Below are positions 26,149 to 38,863 of a stretch of DNA of 64,000 nucleotides, piece after piece. A model generated the notes under the pieces. That model saw only the letters and a program-made list of their open reading frames with translations. It made no database searches and had not been told where the DNA came from. The translations under genes were made by a program, and so were the position numbers. The stretch comes from Thelocarpon superellum (Eukaryota), in NCBI GenBank assembly GCA_026025795.1, contig JAPEUG010000021.1, forward strand, positions 1-64,000. The letters run 5' to 3'. Every line of letters starts with the position of its first letter. The first letter of the stretch is position 1.

Positions 26149-28117
26149 ATGAGGTCGCCCAGGCTGGGTGAGCCGTTCGCCCTCCCTCAGCCACGTGCCA
26201 GCGCCCTGCGCTTCATCGTCCTCGCCTTGGTCGTGATCGTGGTGGTGACATGGATTCGCTTCACCACGAATCTGCCGTCCGCCTCCATGACGTACTTCTC
26301 GCCCTTTGCCTCACGACCCGTCCCCGCCTCCCAAACCCAGCCCAACCACAACTCACCATGGGCGGCCGAGTCGTCGGGCCGGCACCCAATCGACACGCTG
26401 ATATCGCGCGCCGACGAGGAGTTTGCGGACCTGCTGAAGAAGGAGTCCAAGAGCCTCCACGCGGCTGTCAAGGCCTATCGCGAGCGCCGTGGCCGGCATC
26501 CGCCGCCAGGCTTCGACGTCTGGTTCGAGTTTGCGCAAAAGCACAACGCCGTCATGGTCGAGGACTTTTTCGACCAGGTCTATCATGACCTGGCGCCCTT
26601 CTGGGGCCTGAACCCGCATCAAATCCGCGACGAGGGCAAGCGCTTTGAGATGGTCATCAGCATTCGAAATGGGAACGCGACGACCAACAGCGACTGGTTC
26701 TGGTCGCGCATCTGGCACGATATGGTCTCGACCATCGCCCCCTACTTGCCCGACTTGGACATGGCGCTCAACGGCATGGACGAGTCTCGCTTGGTGGTCC
26801 CGTGGGAGAAGATCAACGAGTATATGGACGCTGAGGGGAAGTCGCGTCGGATGCCTGATCCGGCAGCGATCACCTCCAAGTACACGGGCCTGGCGGATAT
26901 CGACGCGGAGAATAATAATGAGCGATTGAATTGGGAATGGGAAACCGACGGTGGGTGCTCTTGCGCCGACGACGCGGCAAGGCCCGGGCTGACCCTGTCT
27001 ATCAACAGTTCCTTATTTCCCCAAGGCGCGCGCAGGCTGCCATCCCGATAGTCTGGCGCGACGCGCCGAGGTCATGAACGATTGGACGCATAGCCCCCAG
27101 ATCACGATGCAGTCGGCGCGTCCACACTCCTACAAAGGCTATGTGTCCAATTGGACCCTGTCAACGTCCATCTGCCACCAGCCCGATCTCCAATCGCTGC
27201 ACGGCTACTTCATCGAGCCGCTGAGCGTGCGGTCGTCGCCGCACCTGATGCCGTTGTTTGGAGGGTCGAAGCTGGCGACGAACAATGAGATCCTCTTGCC
27301 CGCGCCCATGTACTGGGGTGACGACACCCGCTTCCAGGCGGGTGACGACATTCCATGGAAGAAGAAGAAGGACGTGATGATCTGGCGTGGGGTGGCGACG
27401 GGGGGGCGGAACCACAAGGACAACTGGCAGGGCTTCCACCGACACCGCTTCGTGGCCATGGTGAACGGATCGCTGGTGCGCAAGGCGGAGACGTGGGAAG
27501 AGCTCCCGCGGAACTTTGTCATGCCCTCGGATCTGTACGATGTCCGGGCGACGCGGAGCGGGCACCTAGGCGACTGGATGGACAGTTTCGCCGACGCCGG
27601 TTTCATGAACTTGAACTGCTGGCCCAAGGAGGAGGAGAGCGACCGGTGCCAGTACATTGGCGATCGGATGGTGGCGGTGCCGGGCATGAACATGTCGGAG
27701 ATGTTCCAGCACAAATACGTGCCGGACATTGACGGCAACAGCTTCAGCGGGCGCTACCGCTCCTTCCTCCAGTCGGGCTCATTGCCGATCAAGGCCACGG
27801 TGTTTCGCGAATGGCACGACTCGCGCATCGTCCCGTGGAAACACTTTGTGCCGCTGGACAATCGCTTCCAGGACTTCTACGGCATCATGGAGTATTTCCT
27901 CGGCTACCCGGGCTTCGACGACGCCGACCGCGAAAGCAACGCGCGCCCGCCCAACGACGCCGCGGCAGAGAAGATCGCGTCAGAAGGCCGCGACTGGGCC
28001 AATCGCGTGCTCCGACGCGAAGACATGCAGATTTACGTGTTCCGGCTCCTCCTCGAATACGCCCGCGTCAGCGATGATAAACGTGATGTTTTGGGCTACG
28101 TGGCGGATCTGCTGTGA
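26149..28117 (+). CDS. Glycosyltransferase family 90 (CAP10-like / beta-1,2-xylosyltransferase) (intron 26951-27008)
   Basis: N-terminal TM; AVKAYRERRGRHPPPGFDVWF; WRGVATGG; HRHRFV; KYVPDIDGNSFSGRY; WHDSRIVPWKHFVPLD; LRREDMQIYVFRLLLEYAR. Confidence 0.92.
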
Positions 28118-28166
28118 GCGGGTGGACCTCGCGAGGATAGAAAAGGATATTCTTGGGATGGTGTCG

Positions 28167-28192
28167 AGACCGGACCGGACCGGACCGGACCG
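28167..28192. repeat. (GACCG)n pentamer repeat in CAP10-like 3' region
   Basis: Direct reading; a shorter similar run lies at 40741-40760. Confidence 0.85.
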
Positions 28193-28338
28193 GGTCAAGG
28201 GTGGTCTTGTCCGACTTTGTACATGCACAGGGAGCGAGGGGAGGGATAGGAGAAAGGCACAGGACTAGCAAATGGATCAACCGACCATTGAGCCACTTGT
28301 TGATCGATGGAGTGACTGGTTGACGGTCTGCAAAAAGG

Positions 28339-28401
28339 ATCATCATCATCATCATCATCATCGTCATCATCATCGTCATCATCATCATCATCATCATCAT
28401 C
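28339..28401. repeat. (ATC)n microsatellite, 21 units with two GTC interruptions
   Basis: Direct reading. Confidence 0.95.
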
Positions 28402-29102
28402 TCGTCCTGTAATCTAATTTGCTTACTATGAGAGGCAAAATGGGCAAGGGACAGGACGGGTGGGGATATTCTCATATCGCAAGATTTCTCACTTCTCAGC
28501 TCAGTTCTCGGTGTTTTCTCCATTCGTCTCCATCTGGTCGTCTTTACACCTCTTCGTCCGTCTTGGGCTTCGTAGGGCGCGGACCTGTATCTCGTGGCGT
28601 CGGTGATGTGCCCACACACAAACACATCTATACATGTACATCACTGGTTGTCTTTCCTCCCTCTTTCGAGCACAATAGGTCTAATCTGTTGAGTGGGACT
28701 AGATTGGTTTCCTTCCATCAACTTATCTCGTGGCTTGGCAGAGGAAGCGACCTTTGCCGTGTCTCCTCTCCTCTGCTGTGTCCCTTCTTGTCCCGTCCCG
28801 TCCCCTCTCCTCTGCTGTACCCTTCTTGTCCCGTCCTGTCATATCCTTCCCCGTCCAGTCCATCCCACATCCAAAAGTCCCGAAAACGATACGAGATTGT
28901 GCACCAACTATACCCTTCTTTCCAGCCAACCCATGAGAGAAAAATATCTAGAAAGGACGGATCCAATGAAATGAAGATAAGATCGTATCAAGCAATCATC
29001 TTCGTCATCATCGTCAACATTAACATCATCACACATCGCCAGAAAAATTCCATCATGGTCGTGATGGACATCCGTTCTAAGTGGACTTATACCAACATCG
29101 TA

Positions 29103-32100
29103 TCATCCAAACCAGTCGCTTTCGAACCCTGCATACGGCTCTGTTGGCATTGTGAATTCCATCCCTGCTGGCCCGATCCCTGCCGCGGGTGCCGGTGCTG
29201 TGGTGGCCGCTCCGCCTTCGCTGATCGAAGACACGTTTGCGTGGTTGGTATGGGGCCCGTGAGGGACGGCGTCTCCTCCGCTCCCATTGCTGTGAGTTGT
29301 CGCTGATCCGGCCATGGGTGGAGCGGAGCCAGGCGCAGAGGTGGGATCGAAACCATTCCAGTTCTCGAATCCGACCGCCAGCGCCGACTGGTCTCGCAGC
29401 CACCAGTCATGCGTTTCCGGTATGATGTGCGCAAAGGGGTTGTGGTTCGAGATTGGGATTGGTGGGGAGACGAGCGGCGATGCGAGATTCATGTGCTGTG
29501 GCTGGGGTGGCTGTGGATGAGGGTGAGGGTGAGGGTGGGACGGACTGCTCATGGGCAAGCCGATGCTCATGGCATTGGCGTTGCTGGTGATGGGCGGCGA
29601 GATGGCCCCGTTGATGGGTGGGTCCCAGGCTGTCGTCGTGTCGGTTGCAATGGTTGCGACCGACGAGGCTGGCGAGTGTCGCGGCGCGTGAAGGCGGAGG
29701 TGTGGCAGGTGAGGCTGTCCGGGAATCGGAGGAGAAAAGTACGGCTGGGGAACACTTTGGACCGCGGCGTAGCGTTGGGCTGGATGTGATGTCGCCATCT
29801 CTACGATGCGTGGTATCGGTGTGGAATGGTTGTCCCCAGAGCGAGGACCCACGGACGGCGGAATGGGCTCTACGCCGTCCGTACCATGCGATTGCACCGT
29901 GGACACGTAAACTTGCGAGTCGGGCGAGGAGTGTGTCGACGGTTCCGCGCCGTTTGCATTGACATTGTGAGATGGCGGGGACGAGTGGTTGGATCTCGGA
30001 GTCAACTCGTCCATGACATAGGCTCCGTAGTTCGCCTCGGCGTTGGCCAGCACCATGGCCGCTTCATCGGGCATCTCGATGCTCCATCGCTTCGCCAGCA
30101 TGTTCAGGATGGCCAGCGTGCGTCGTGCGCAGAGCCAGCCCTCGGCGATCTCTTGCAGATGCTTGACCCCGTGCACAATGTCTCGCTTTGCCGTCTTCTC
30201 CGGCAGATTGAGCAAATGGATGGTGCAGGCCGAATGTGCAATGTACACGGCCACGTTGCAGATCTGCCGCAGTCCGTACGTGCGTTTGTAGAGCCGCAGC
30301 AGCTTCGAGATCATCTGTGCCGCCGACGTACAGATCTTGCGCGGCGAAACATGCGGCGGCAACGGCGAGGTCGATCGATTGTACTTGAGAAATGGTCGGA
30401 ACAAGTGGATGAAGAGGAGTTGGAAAAACATACTGCGTTGTCTCAGTCAAGATCATCGATGCGCACGTTGGTATTGGACTCACTGCATCAGAAGCACTGG
30501 GGGGAGCGCCCCTTCACGCGGCTCCATCTCCTTCGGCATCTCCTTCCGCCAAGCCTCCAGCCGTGTGTGGAGTTCGCTCAATTTCTTCAATTCCGTCGAC
30601 TTGTTCCCGGACCGGTCCATGTGCGTCGGATGATAGAAGTAGATCAGCAGGTCGCTACTGATTTCGCACAGGCTGCTGATCCGGAGGGCCACAGCCCGCG
30701 TCCGCGCCGGCTGACTGTACGCCTGGATCATGCCGGCGTCGGTGTAGGGCGACCAGGTGGCAGCATCCTCCACGGGAAAGACATCAAACTTGGGGACCGT
30801 GATGTTCGACACGGGCAACTGTGGCTGCCGCCCGAGATAGTTGGACCAGCACTTGTCGAACAAGAAGCAGCCCCAGAAGGTGACGCGACGGGCATCGATT
30901 TCCTCGTCGTTCAGATCCGACCGGTGCCCGGTCAAGCCACCCGAGTCGACGTTGAGGCCCAGGTCCCCGGCCATGCGAAAGCTCATACCGCTGTAGACCC
31001 AGCCCTTTCCTTCGCGGCCGCAGCCGGCCTCACGCACGGACATCAAGGCGAGGGCTTGCACCGTGGCGAGCCGGGGCTTCTCATGCTCGTCATCCTCGAC
31101 CAATAGCCGCTTGGCTTCCCGGAAGAAATGGTCGCCCGTGGTGGCGGAGTCCTCGGGATCGGCCCGCGCGCCGGGCCAGGAGCTGAAGTGGCATCCAAGG
31201 GCCAGCATGGCATTGACCAACAGCGGCGAGCAATATTCTGACTTCCGGCGGGTGTCGTCGGCCGGCCTCCCTAGCAGGAAGTCGCGGTAGAAGAGGCTCT
31301 TGGACAAGGTGGTGAAGTAGGGATAGTGCCAGTTGAAGTACATGTTCATCAGATGCTTGAAGAGCACGAGATCCGATGTCACCGTGGTCCACGACGTCAG
31401 CGGCGCCTCACGCTGTCGTTGCTCGAGCTCGGACGAGGTCGAGCTGGCATCGGCCGGGACGGAGACGGCATCGAGCAGGATCAGGTTGGAGGTGCCGCCG
31501 ATATACTTGACCGACCCGTCCTCCAATCGGAGCTCGCCCATCTTGCCGGACAGCTCGGCCTCAAAGGTGCGCGCATCCGCACTCGGGTCGAGCCCGTCCA
31601 GCGGCGACTCCAACTCATCCTCGTCCTCGTCCATGCCGTTCTCGCGCGTTTGCAGCGAGTCGGCGACATCGTCGAGATTGGCGGCGCTGCGGATCTGGCG
31701 GACCAGATCAAAGGCTTCCTCTTCAGGATAGTCGAGAACAGCCTGGATCAAAGTCTGCAGGGTGGAGTTGCGTGTCTTGAGGTTGTCGATGTCTTTCTTA
31801 TATACGCCCTTGCGACGGTGATCCGAATTCGGATCGTAGACGCACTCAGTGCCGTAGACGGAGGCGCAGGCCGCGCAGCTGGGGGTGTTGCCATCACACT
31901 ACGCCAGACGCACCACGGGTTAGCAAAGAGGCCAGCCGGAGTGGTGACCGCTGGTACGTAACGACGAGAGGGGAAGGGATCAACGAGGGCGTAGGCGGAG
32001 CTGACCTTGGACTTTCGCCGGCGACAAGCAATACACGCCGTGCTCACGCAGCGACGCTTCACCGAGCCCGGTCCATCGGCCTCGCGGCTCCTCGACTTGG

Positions 32101-32239
32101 CCTTGGTCGTCGTCGTGGGCGGCTGCGGCTGCGGCGGTGAGGGTGGTGTGGCGCTGGGGCGGTCGAGGAAGGTCACGTTGCTGAGGAGGGCGTGGTCGAC
32201 ACCATCGTCTTCAATCTTGGGACGGCCTTCCCACGCCAT
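29103..32239 (-). CDS. nirA: Nitrate assimilation Zn2Cys6 transcription activator NirA/NIT-4 (introns 31899-32005, 30433-30483)
   Basis: KRRCVSTACIACRRRKSK|CDGNTPSCAACASVYGTECVYDPNSDHRRKGVY matches recalled NirA/NIT-4; fungal TF middle domain (RRVTFWGCFLFDK); C-terminal WWLRDQSALAVGFENW. Confidence 0.92.
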
Positions 32240-33579
32240 TGGGCAGGCGGGGGGCAGCGTGGTGCGGCGACGGATCACGAGCAGACGCAGTCGCTGAACC
32301 CCCGGAGATGTTCTCCGGTGATGATGTCCGGCAAGCAAGGCATCGTGGGAGTGGGTACAGAAAGCCGTGGAGCCTGGAGCCTGGAGCCTGGGCGTGCGAG
32401 CACTGCGAGCAGCTTACTCCGGGCCCTGGAGATCACGCTGTTCTGCCCTTCCCTCTCCCAACCAGCCGACCAGTGCGAGTGGCCCCATTACGCTTTGTCC
32501 ACCGCCATTGAGCCCCGGGGTCCCGGGGTCTGCGGCCCCCCGCCCTCCCCACCCTTCGCCTCTAGGCGGGTACGCCTAGTCGCTCGCATCTGGTGCCCGC
32601 AACGGAGAGTTTCGCTTCCGTCCTGTCCCAGCGTCCACGGATCTGCCACAGTGTATATGATCGTTTCAACAACTAACTGACGTCGGCTCGCCGGCCTTGG
32701 TTAGTCCTCTTCATGGCTGCTTCGGCTTCCTGCGGCTTCGGACAAGCCAGCGTCACCTCCACCCTCCTGCGACAAGACTCTCCTGCGACAAGAGAAAGAC
32801 GTGGTACCAGTGAGGACGGCCTGTGCTCGTACGACTTGACCGTCCTCTTCGGCAGGAAGGGAACACGCGGTATCAACGCAAGTACCCACCAAGTGGTGGT
32901 ACTTGTTCTCGGACCGCGGCCGCGGTAGGGCTGTGACTTTACGACCTCGCTGGCGCCAGTGGTAGACTAAGTCTCTTCGGGCCTCCGATGTGAGCCGTCA
33001 CATTATGCATCTCAATCCAGGTATCGTCGTAACCCATCGTGGGCGACAGTGTGATGTGTCGTAAGTACAGATCGCTGGAAACCACCTTAGTCTAGCATTG
33101 TGATCTCCCGTAGCCCGTCATGGACAGCAATGTGATGTGGCAATGTGATTTGTTGCGGGTAGGCGTCGCCGTAGCCATCACGGACAGTAATGTGATCTAT
33201 TGTAAGTGCACAATGCAGCGGCATACAGCCCACCGCATCGAGCATCCAAGGCCCAATGCCACATTCGTCCTCTAGATGCAGTGAGAATGGTGAGCGACAA
33301 TACCATGAGATGCTGCGGACTTCACTTTCTACTCACGACTACAGAAGATGGGGATGAAAACCATACACATTCTCTACGTAGCCCCTGCGTTGGGATGCTC
33401 TTCACAGGGGATCTTGTGGCTGGAGCGACGTTCAATAGTGAGCGATGACGAGTAATCGCTCCTTGACTTCCAACATAAACTACTGGTTTTAATTATCGCG
33501 TTGCTGTCTCCACGATGGGTTACTTGCGGCGATCCCTGGATTGACCCTAGGTAACCGCCACGTGATGTAGGTGACCCGG

Positions 33580-33614
33580 ACGCGTTTGGCGGGAATAGAT
33601 CCAAGGTCACGAAA
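33580..33614 (+). promoter_or_regulatory. Putative cell-cycle elements upstream of cofactor D: MCB ACGCGT (33580-33585) and SCB CACGAAA (33608-33614)
   Basis: Exact consensus matches 140-175 nt upstream of ATG 33754. Confidence 0.4.
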
Positions 33615-33753
33615 ATGCCGAGTCACTCGCATCCTAGTGCGGTTTTACGCTCTCCTGTCTGCCCCCAGACATCATCAAGCATCAAGGCGCTAGCTTACCA
33701 AGGCAGTTTACTGAATCCGTACTTTGCTGGCAAAGGTATATCGCGGGTGCATC

Positions 33754-36700
33754 ATGGATGCCCCTGAAGAGAAAGACATCAAATTGCAACGGAAGTCCGC
33801 CGATCTCATCACCGATTTTGAGACGTCGCTCCCCCGGCTACTGTGGTCCACGACGGATGAGCTTGGATCCGCCAAGCGTCTCCGTCGGATCCGACCGCGC
33901 GTGCAGCAACGAGAAACCACGAGGCTGATCGGACTGGTGCGATCAATCGCCTCCACGTCCGTCGAGAAGGTGCGAGACTGATCATCACCGTCCAGCTCGA
34001 ACCATTTCAAGAATGGCCCCAGCTGCTGGACCCACATCTGGCCAACTTTGTCCCGCCCCTCGTCGCCGCCTTCATTGAGTCGCTGCGTGCCGGTCCGACC
34101 CGGCCGCCGCTCAAAGTGGTCTTACGCGCCTCTTCTGTCATCTCCTTACCGTGTGCCATCTGCAAGTTGATCTACACCTTGTGTAAAATCCGTGGCGAGA
34201 AGGTCATCTCGCGCTTCTTCAACAATGAGCCCCGATATCTGGAGCCCATGCTGTCTGCCTTTGAGACCCATGCCACCATGACGTGGGAAGAGCGATACAT
34301 CATGCTCCTCTGGATCTCCCATCTTCTGCTAGCCCCCTTTGACCTGGAGTCGCTGTCGTCGCCGATGGAAGATGCCAACGTGCCGGACGCCATCCCGGGT
34401 CTGCACCTGCCAGCCAATTTACCGAGTCTCGCCTGCCGCGTGATTCCTCTCGCGGTCAAGTACCTGGCTGCACCCAGTAAGGAACGAGATGCGGCGCGAG
34501 CTCTGCTGGTGCGACTGGGACTGCGCCCAGATATGCGTCGGCTGGGCCTGTTGGATCGCTTCCTCGCGTGGGCCACGGAAGCGTTCATGTCTCCTGATGA
34601 GGCGGCATCGTCGAAAACCATCTACGAACACATTGGCATGCTTTCGTTCATCGCCGGCGTTTTGGTCTCCGCTGATCACGATGCCTCGGCGCCCTTTACG
34701 GCGTCCATCTATTACACTGCGCAAAAGATCATCCACGATGAGGCACCCTTCTATGAAGGCATTCGCTCGTCGGCGCTGACACGCAAGCTCTTGATTAAAG
34801 TGGTGCGCGCGGTCGCCATCGAGACGCTGCAGTCGCAGCCGACGGGGCCAAACGCCTTGTCGGCCGAGGCACGGGCGGGCATCTTGGAGGAGGCGATCGA
34901 CTACCTCCTCGCCTCCCTGGCCGACAAGGACACACCGGTGAGATATGCCGCGAGCAAGGCGCTCAGCCTGATCACGGCCCAGCTGGACGAGGATATGGCT
35001 GCCGAGCTCGTCGACGCCGTCGTCGGATCTCTGGCGGAGGACGTGCTATGGCTCGACGAGTCGACCGGGCGCCAGTACGCTCCAGGCGACAGCAGCCGCC
35101 CGGCGGGCCTGAAGCTGGAACAGGATCTGAACGCTGTCAACCCGCTCCGATGGCACGGGCTGACGCTCACCCTGGCCCACTTGCTGTTTCGTCGATCTCC
35201 CCCGGCGCACCAGCTGCCTGCGATTCTTCATGCCCTCATCCTGGCCCTACAGTTCGAGCAGCGCTCGTCCACTGGGGGCTCAATTGGCACCAACATTCGC
35301 GATGCGGCCTGCTTCGGCATCTGGTCGCTCTCGCGCCGATACACGAGCGACGAGCTCGCCCACGTGTCCACCTCCACCATCACGTCAGCACCTCGGCGCA
35401 CCCGTTCGGTGTCGATCCAGCAGCTCCTGGCCTGTGAGCTCACGGCCGCGGCTTGCCTCGATCCTGTGGGAAATATCCGGCGGGGGGCGTCGGCCGCCTT
35501 GCAAGAGCTGATTGGTCGGCATCCGGACACGGTTCGCGCGGGCATCGCGTTGGTGCAAGTGGTCGACTATCATGCCGTGGCCCTCCGCGGTCGAGCGATT
35601 GCGGAGGTGGCGGTGCACGCATCGCAGCTCGACGAGACCTACTGGCACACCTTGTTTGACGCCATCCTGGATTGGCGGGGCCTTGGTTCCTCTGACGCGG
35701 AATCACGACGAACCGCGGCAGGAGGTATTGGCTTCCTCAGCGCCGTGGTCAGCGCTGGACATTCGCGGTCGAGCGTCGTCAGCTTGATGGTCGCCAAGAT
35801 CTCCGATGTGCGCACGCGTCGGTCGTTTCGGCAAGTTGAAGACCGGCACGGTCTGTTGCTGGCCTTGTCCGCCATCCTAGAGAGCGTCGCCGGGTCCGAG
35901 GTCCGCGACGGTGTCTCATCGATGACGGGGACCGAGCAGCAGCTGATCACGGTGTCTCTCGACATCCTCAACGCCCTTCCTGACAAGGACCTCACCTCCT
36001 CCTCGGTGCATGCGGAATGGACGGCGGAAGCAGTCTGTCGCCTCGTGTCGGCGACGGCCGAGATCATCGCGCTGCGGCGGGCTCGCTCCGAGACTGATCG
36101 CGGGTATTTGGCTGCCGATCTCGTCGACGCTTTGGTGTCGCGAAGTGTCGAATTGCTATCGCTATCGCTCGCGCGCAACGAAGATGGGATTATCAATGCG
36201 TCCTCCATGGCCGCCAAGAAGTTGCTTGCCGTGTTGGACCGACCTCAAAAAGAGCGCTTGGTCCAGCTCTGGGTCTCCAACACGACCGGCGACGCGAAAG
36301 GGAGGGGTGTCAACGCGGGCCGTGGCTTTGGCTATCTCAATGCGCTTGGAGCGGTGCTGGTCGACCTCAGCAGTGACGGGGGCGACGAACTCGGTCATCT
36401 CTCCCCCCAGCAACAGCTCATCATCAACGCCCTCGTCTCCTTTGCCCGATCGGAGGCCGCGGTCGAATCTCGTGTCATGGCGATGCGAAATCTCGCCAAG
36501 GGCTTCATGATCTTCAAAGGTTTGGCGGGTTCCTGAGTTGGCGACCACGACTCACGTCTCTCCAGTCTTGCCGGGTGACATTGTTGCGGCGCTCACGACA
36601 TGTCTGGACGACTACACGATTGATTCTCGGGGCGACGTGGGGTCTTGGGTGAGAGTCGAGGCTATCGGGGCCGTGGCAATCGCCTCACGCGCGGGACTCC

Positions 36701-37615
36701 TGGATGGAGACCAGGATGAGGATCCATCCCCTCGCACCGCCATCCTATCACGAGTCGCGCGGCTGGCAGCGGAGAAGCTGGACAAGGTTCGCTTTCGAGC
36801 GTGGCTTTGCCTCCGCGAAGTGCTGGGAAAGGCGGGCGTCCATGCGCGGCCGCCGTAAGGGTCCCCCTTCTTGCGTCGGATTGATCGGGACTGACGAGGT
36901 ATCAGGGAGTTCTCGGATACTAGTCGGACGTCGACGTATCCCTATTTCCGTTACTTGCTCTCGCTCGTTCCCACTCATGAATTCCTCGAGGTATCGGTGC
37001 TCGAAGGGATCGTCACCTCGGCCGGTGTCGGGTCCGAGCCCGTGCTTCGCGCATCTCGAGCGGCATTGGCGTGCTTCGCCGACGACCGAGCCGACCAAGC
37101 ACGCTTCTCCGTATACGATCTGGGCAAGGTCATGACCCAGGTCATCCGGCAGAATCTTCACGCTGACCGAGTCCTGGTTCCTGCGCTGGAAACGTTGGCC
37201 TTTCTGCTCGAGTGTGGGGTGCTCCAGTCGTTGGATGATGCGCGGTTTAAGTGGCGTCCCTTGCTCGCCCTGGTCCAACAGGCGCACTACAAATCGGGAA
37301 GCGTGGGGAAGCTCGAGGCGGCTGTGAAAGTGTACACGGGCTTCGCGGACATTGCCTCGGTGCGAGAAGCGGCCTTGACGAAGCTGGTCTCGATGTTGCT
37401 CCACCCCTTTCCCAAGGTACTGCGGATCCTAGCCCAACCACAGACCTGGCTGACATGTGCAGGTGCGGAACGCCGTGGCTGAAGCACTTTTCACGGTGGA
37501 GTGGAGTGAGAGCCGGGAGAAGAGCGTGCAAGATGCGCTGAGAGGACAAGACTGGTCCTTGTCGCCGAAAGAGCTGAAGCCTAGTGTTGAGGTGATCAAG
37601 GGATGCATGGCATAG
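33754..37615 (+). CDS. TBCD: Tubulin-specific chaperone D (introns 33937-33995, 36520-36565, 36855-36905, 37417-37462)
   Basis: LEPFQEWPQLLDPHL, CKIRGEKVISRF, WEERYIMLLW, DTPVRYAASK, NIRDAACFGIW, NIRRGASAALQELIGRH, DYTIDSRGDVGSWVR, AAEKLDKVR, LLHPFPKVR. Confidence 0.95.
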
Positions 37616-37776
37616 AGCGGATGAACGCGTCTGGATCCTTGAACTGCAGAAATGTACTCTACATGGCTCGATGATGGTGGTGTATCATGTCAAATGGCCA
37701 CTGCCAAACTCCGTCCGTGTGCGACCCCCATTGATTGTATGATCGAGAAGCGACGCCGACCCGGCCTTGGTCAGCG

Positions 37777-38166
37777 TCAGCTTGACGCTGGCGGGACCAA
37801 CGGGCCCGGTCTTCTCGTATCGGCGGCGACAGTCTTCTCCCTGAACCCCAGCATGTCCCCCACCTTGCCTCTCGGCTTGGGCACCGGACACGCTCTCTTG
37901 CCGCGCCCCGGCCGGAGGTCGTCCTCCAGCTGCGGTCTCGTACTCAGCGCGACCGCGTCGTCCGGCACGTCTTTGGTGGCGCCATCTTCAGCGGGCTTGG
38001 TCCGCCGTCGCGGTCCGCGCTGGGGCAACTCTCCATCGGCGTACGCTCGTGGTCCGGCTGGGCATGGCAGGATATGAGGCATTCCCACGACGAGGAACGA
38101 GACCAGAAGGGTTGTGGTGAACAACGACGTGGTCCATCGCGATCGCGGATGGAGGTGAGGTGGCAT
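37777..38166 (-). CDS. COA2: Small mitochondrial cytochrome c oxidase assembly factor, Coa2-like
   Basis: MPPHLHPRSRWTTSLFTTTLLVSFLVVGMPHILPCPA: hydrophobic stretch ending in LPCPA as in yeast Coa2; CPVPKP motif of Pezizomycotina homologues. Confidence 0.7.
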   Translation of the reverse strand: MPPHLHPRSRWTTSLFTTTLLVSFLVVGMPHILPCPAGPRAYADGELPQRGPRRRTKPAEDGATKDVPDDAVALSTRPQLEDDLRPGRGKRACPVPKPRGKVGDMLGFREKTVAADTRRPGPLVPPASS

Positions 38167-38863
38167 GCCGAGGGGCGGGTCTCTTGTGCTGGCTATCGGG
38201 CGGGAGTGGCTGAAGATAGTCCCATAGGTGCTGCTTCTAAGATCAATTAGCATCGTCCCCCGAGGTGGGCGGCGGTGAGTCGAATGAAAACCTACCTTGA
38301 TCAAGACTAGATGTCCGAGGGTCAAGTAGATGTGGCGTGGTGCTGGGTAGGTGTGGCGTGTGACGGCAGCAACGGCAAAGATGGTGACAGTCGATAGTTG
38401 ATCTCCAATCCCGAATCCCGAATTCGCTCGCCAGTCCGGGCGACGGGCTCCTAGCCAACTGAACTACGGGCGAACGTAGTTTATTCAGTTATACACCCGC
38501 CACACCAGAATTCATCCACCGGCAAAACCAACGTAGCGCAAGATCGGCATACGACTTCTGCTCGTTCAAGCAGCGACCCAAGGATAGTTCAGAAGTACCC
38601 TCCTAGACCGTGAATCAGGTCACGCAGTCAAAGCCAGCTTCCAAAGCGACTCCACGACTCCCGTTGTCCTTCTCGCTGGCGATGTGACCTGGCTCCAACT
38701 CTCACCTCCCACTTCCCTGCTCCGCCACTTCGCCTGAGAGCCCCGCGGTCACACCCGAGCTCAACATCCACGGCGGGCGACCGCGCAGGGTAGCAACTAG
38801 GGAGCAACCAGTGCGATCTCGTACAGTCGCCATTGCGGCGCGGTTGTTCCTAGCGGGTCGACG

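Noticed and set aside
28068..29306. Poly-Met ORF 28068..28625 and 295-aa ORF 28419..29306
   Set aside because: Products of the (ATC)n microsatellite and low-complexity convergent 3' UTRs.
29826..31961. 426-aa and 211-aa plus-strand ORFs opposite nirA
   Set aside because: Shadow ORFs of a GC3-rich gene.
23411..32239. Nitrogen gene cluster (arginase plus nirA, with IML1 further away)
   Set aside because: Separated by an unrelated glycosyltransferase; no nitrate reductase, nitrite reductase or transporter; proximity is plausibly chance.
33025..33210. CRISPR-like repeat-spacer array
   Set aside because: Units are degenerate and irregularly spaced, the context is eukaryotic and no cas genes are present.
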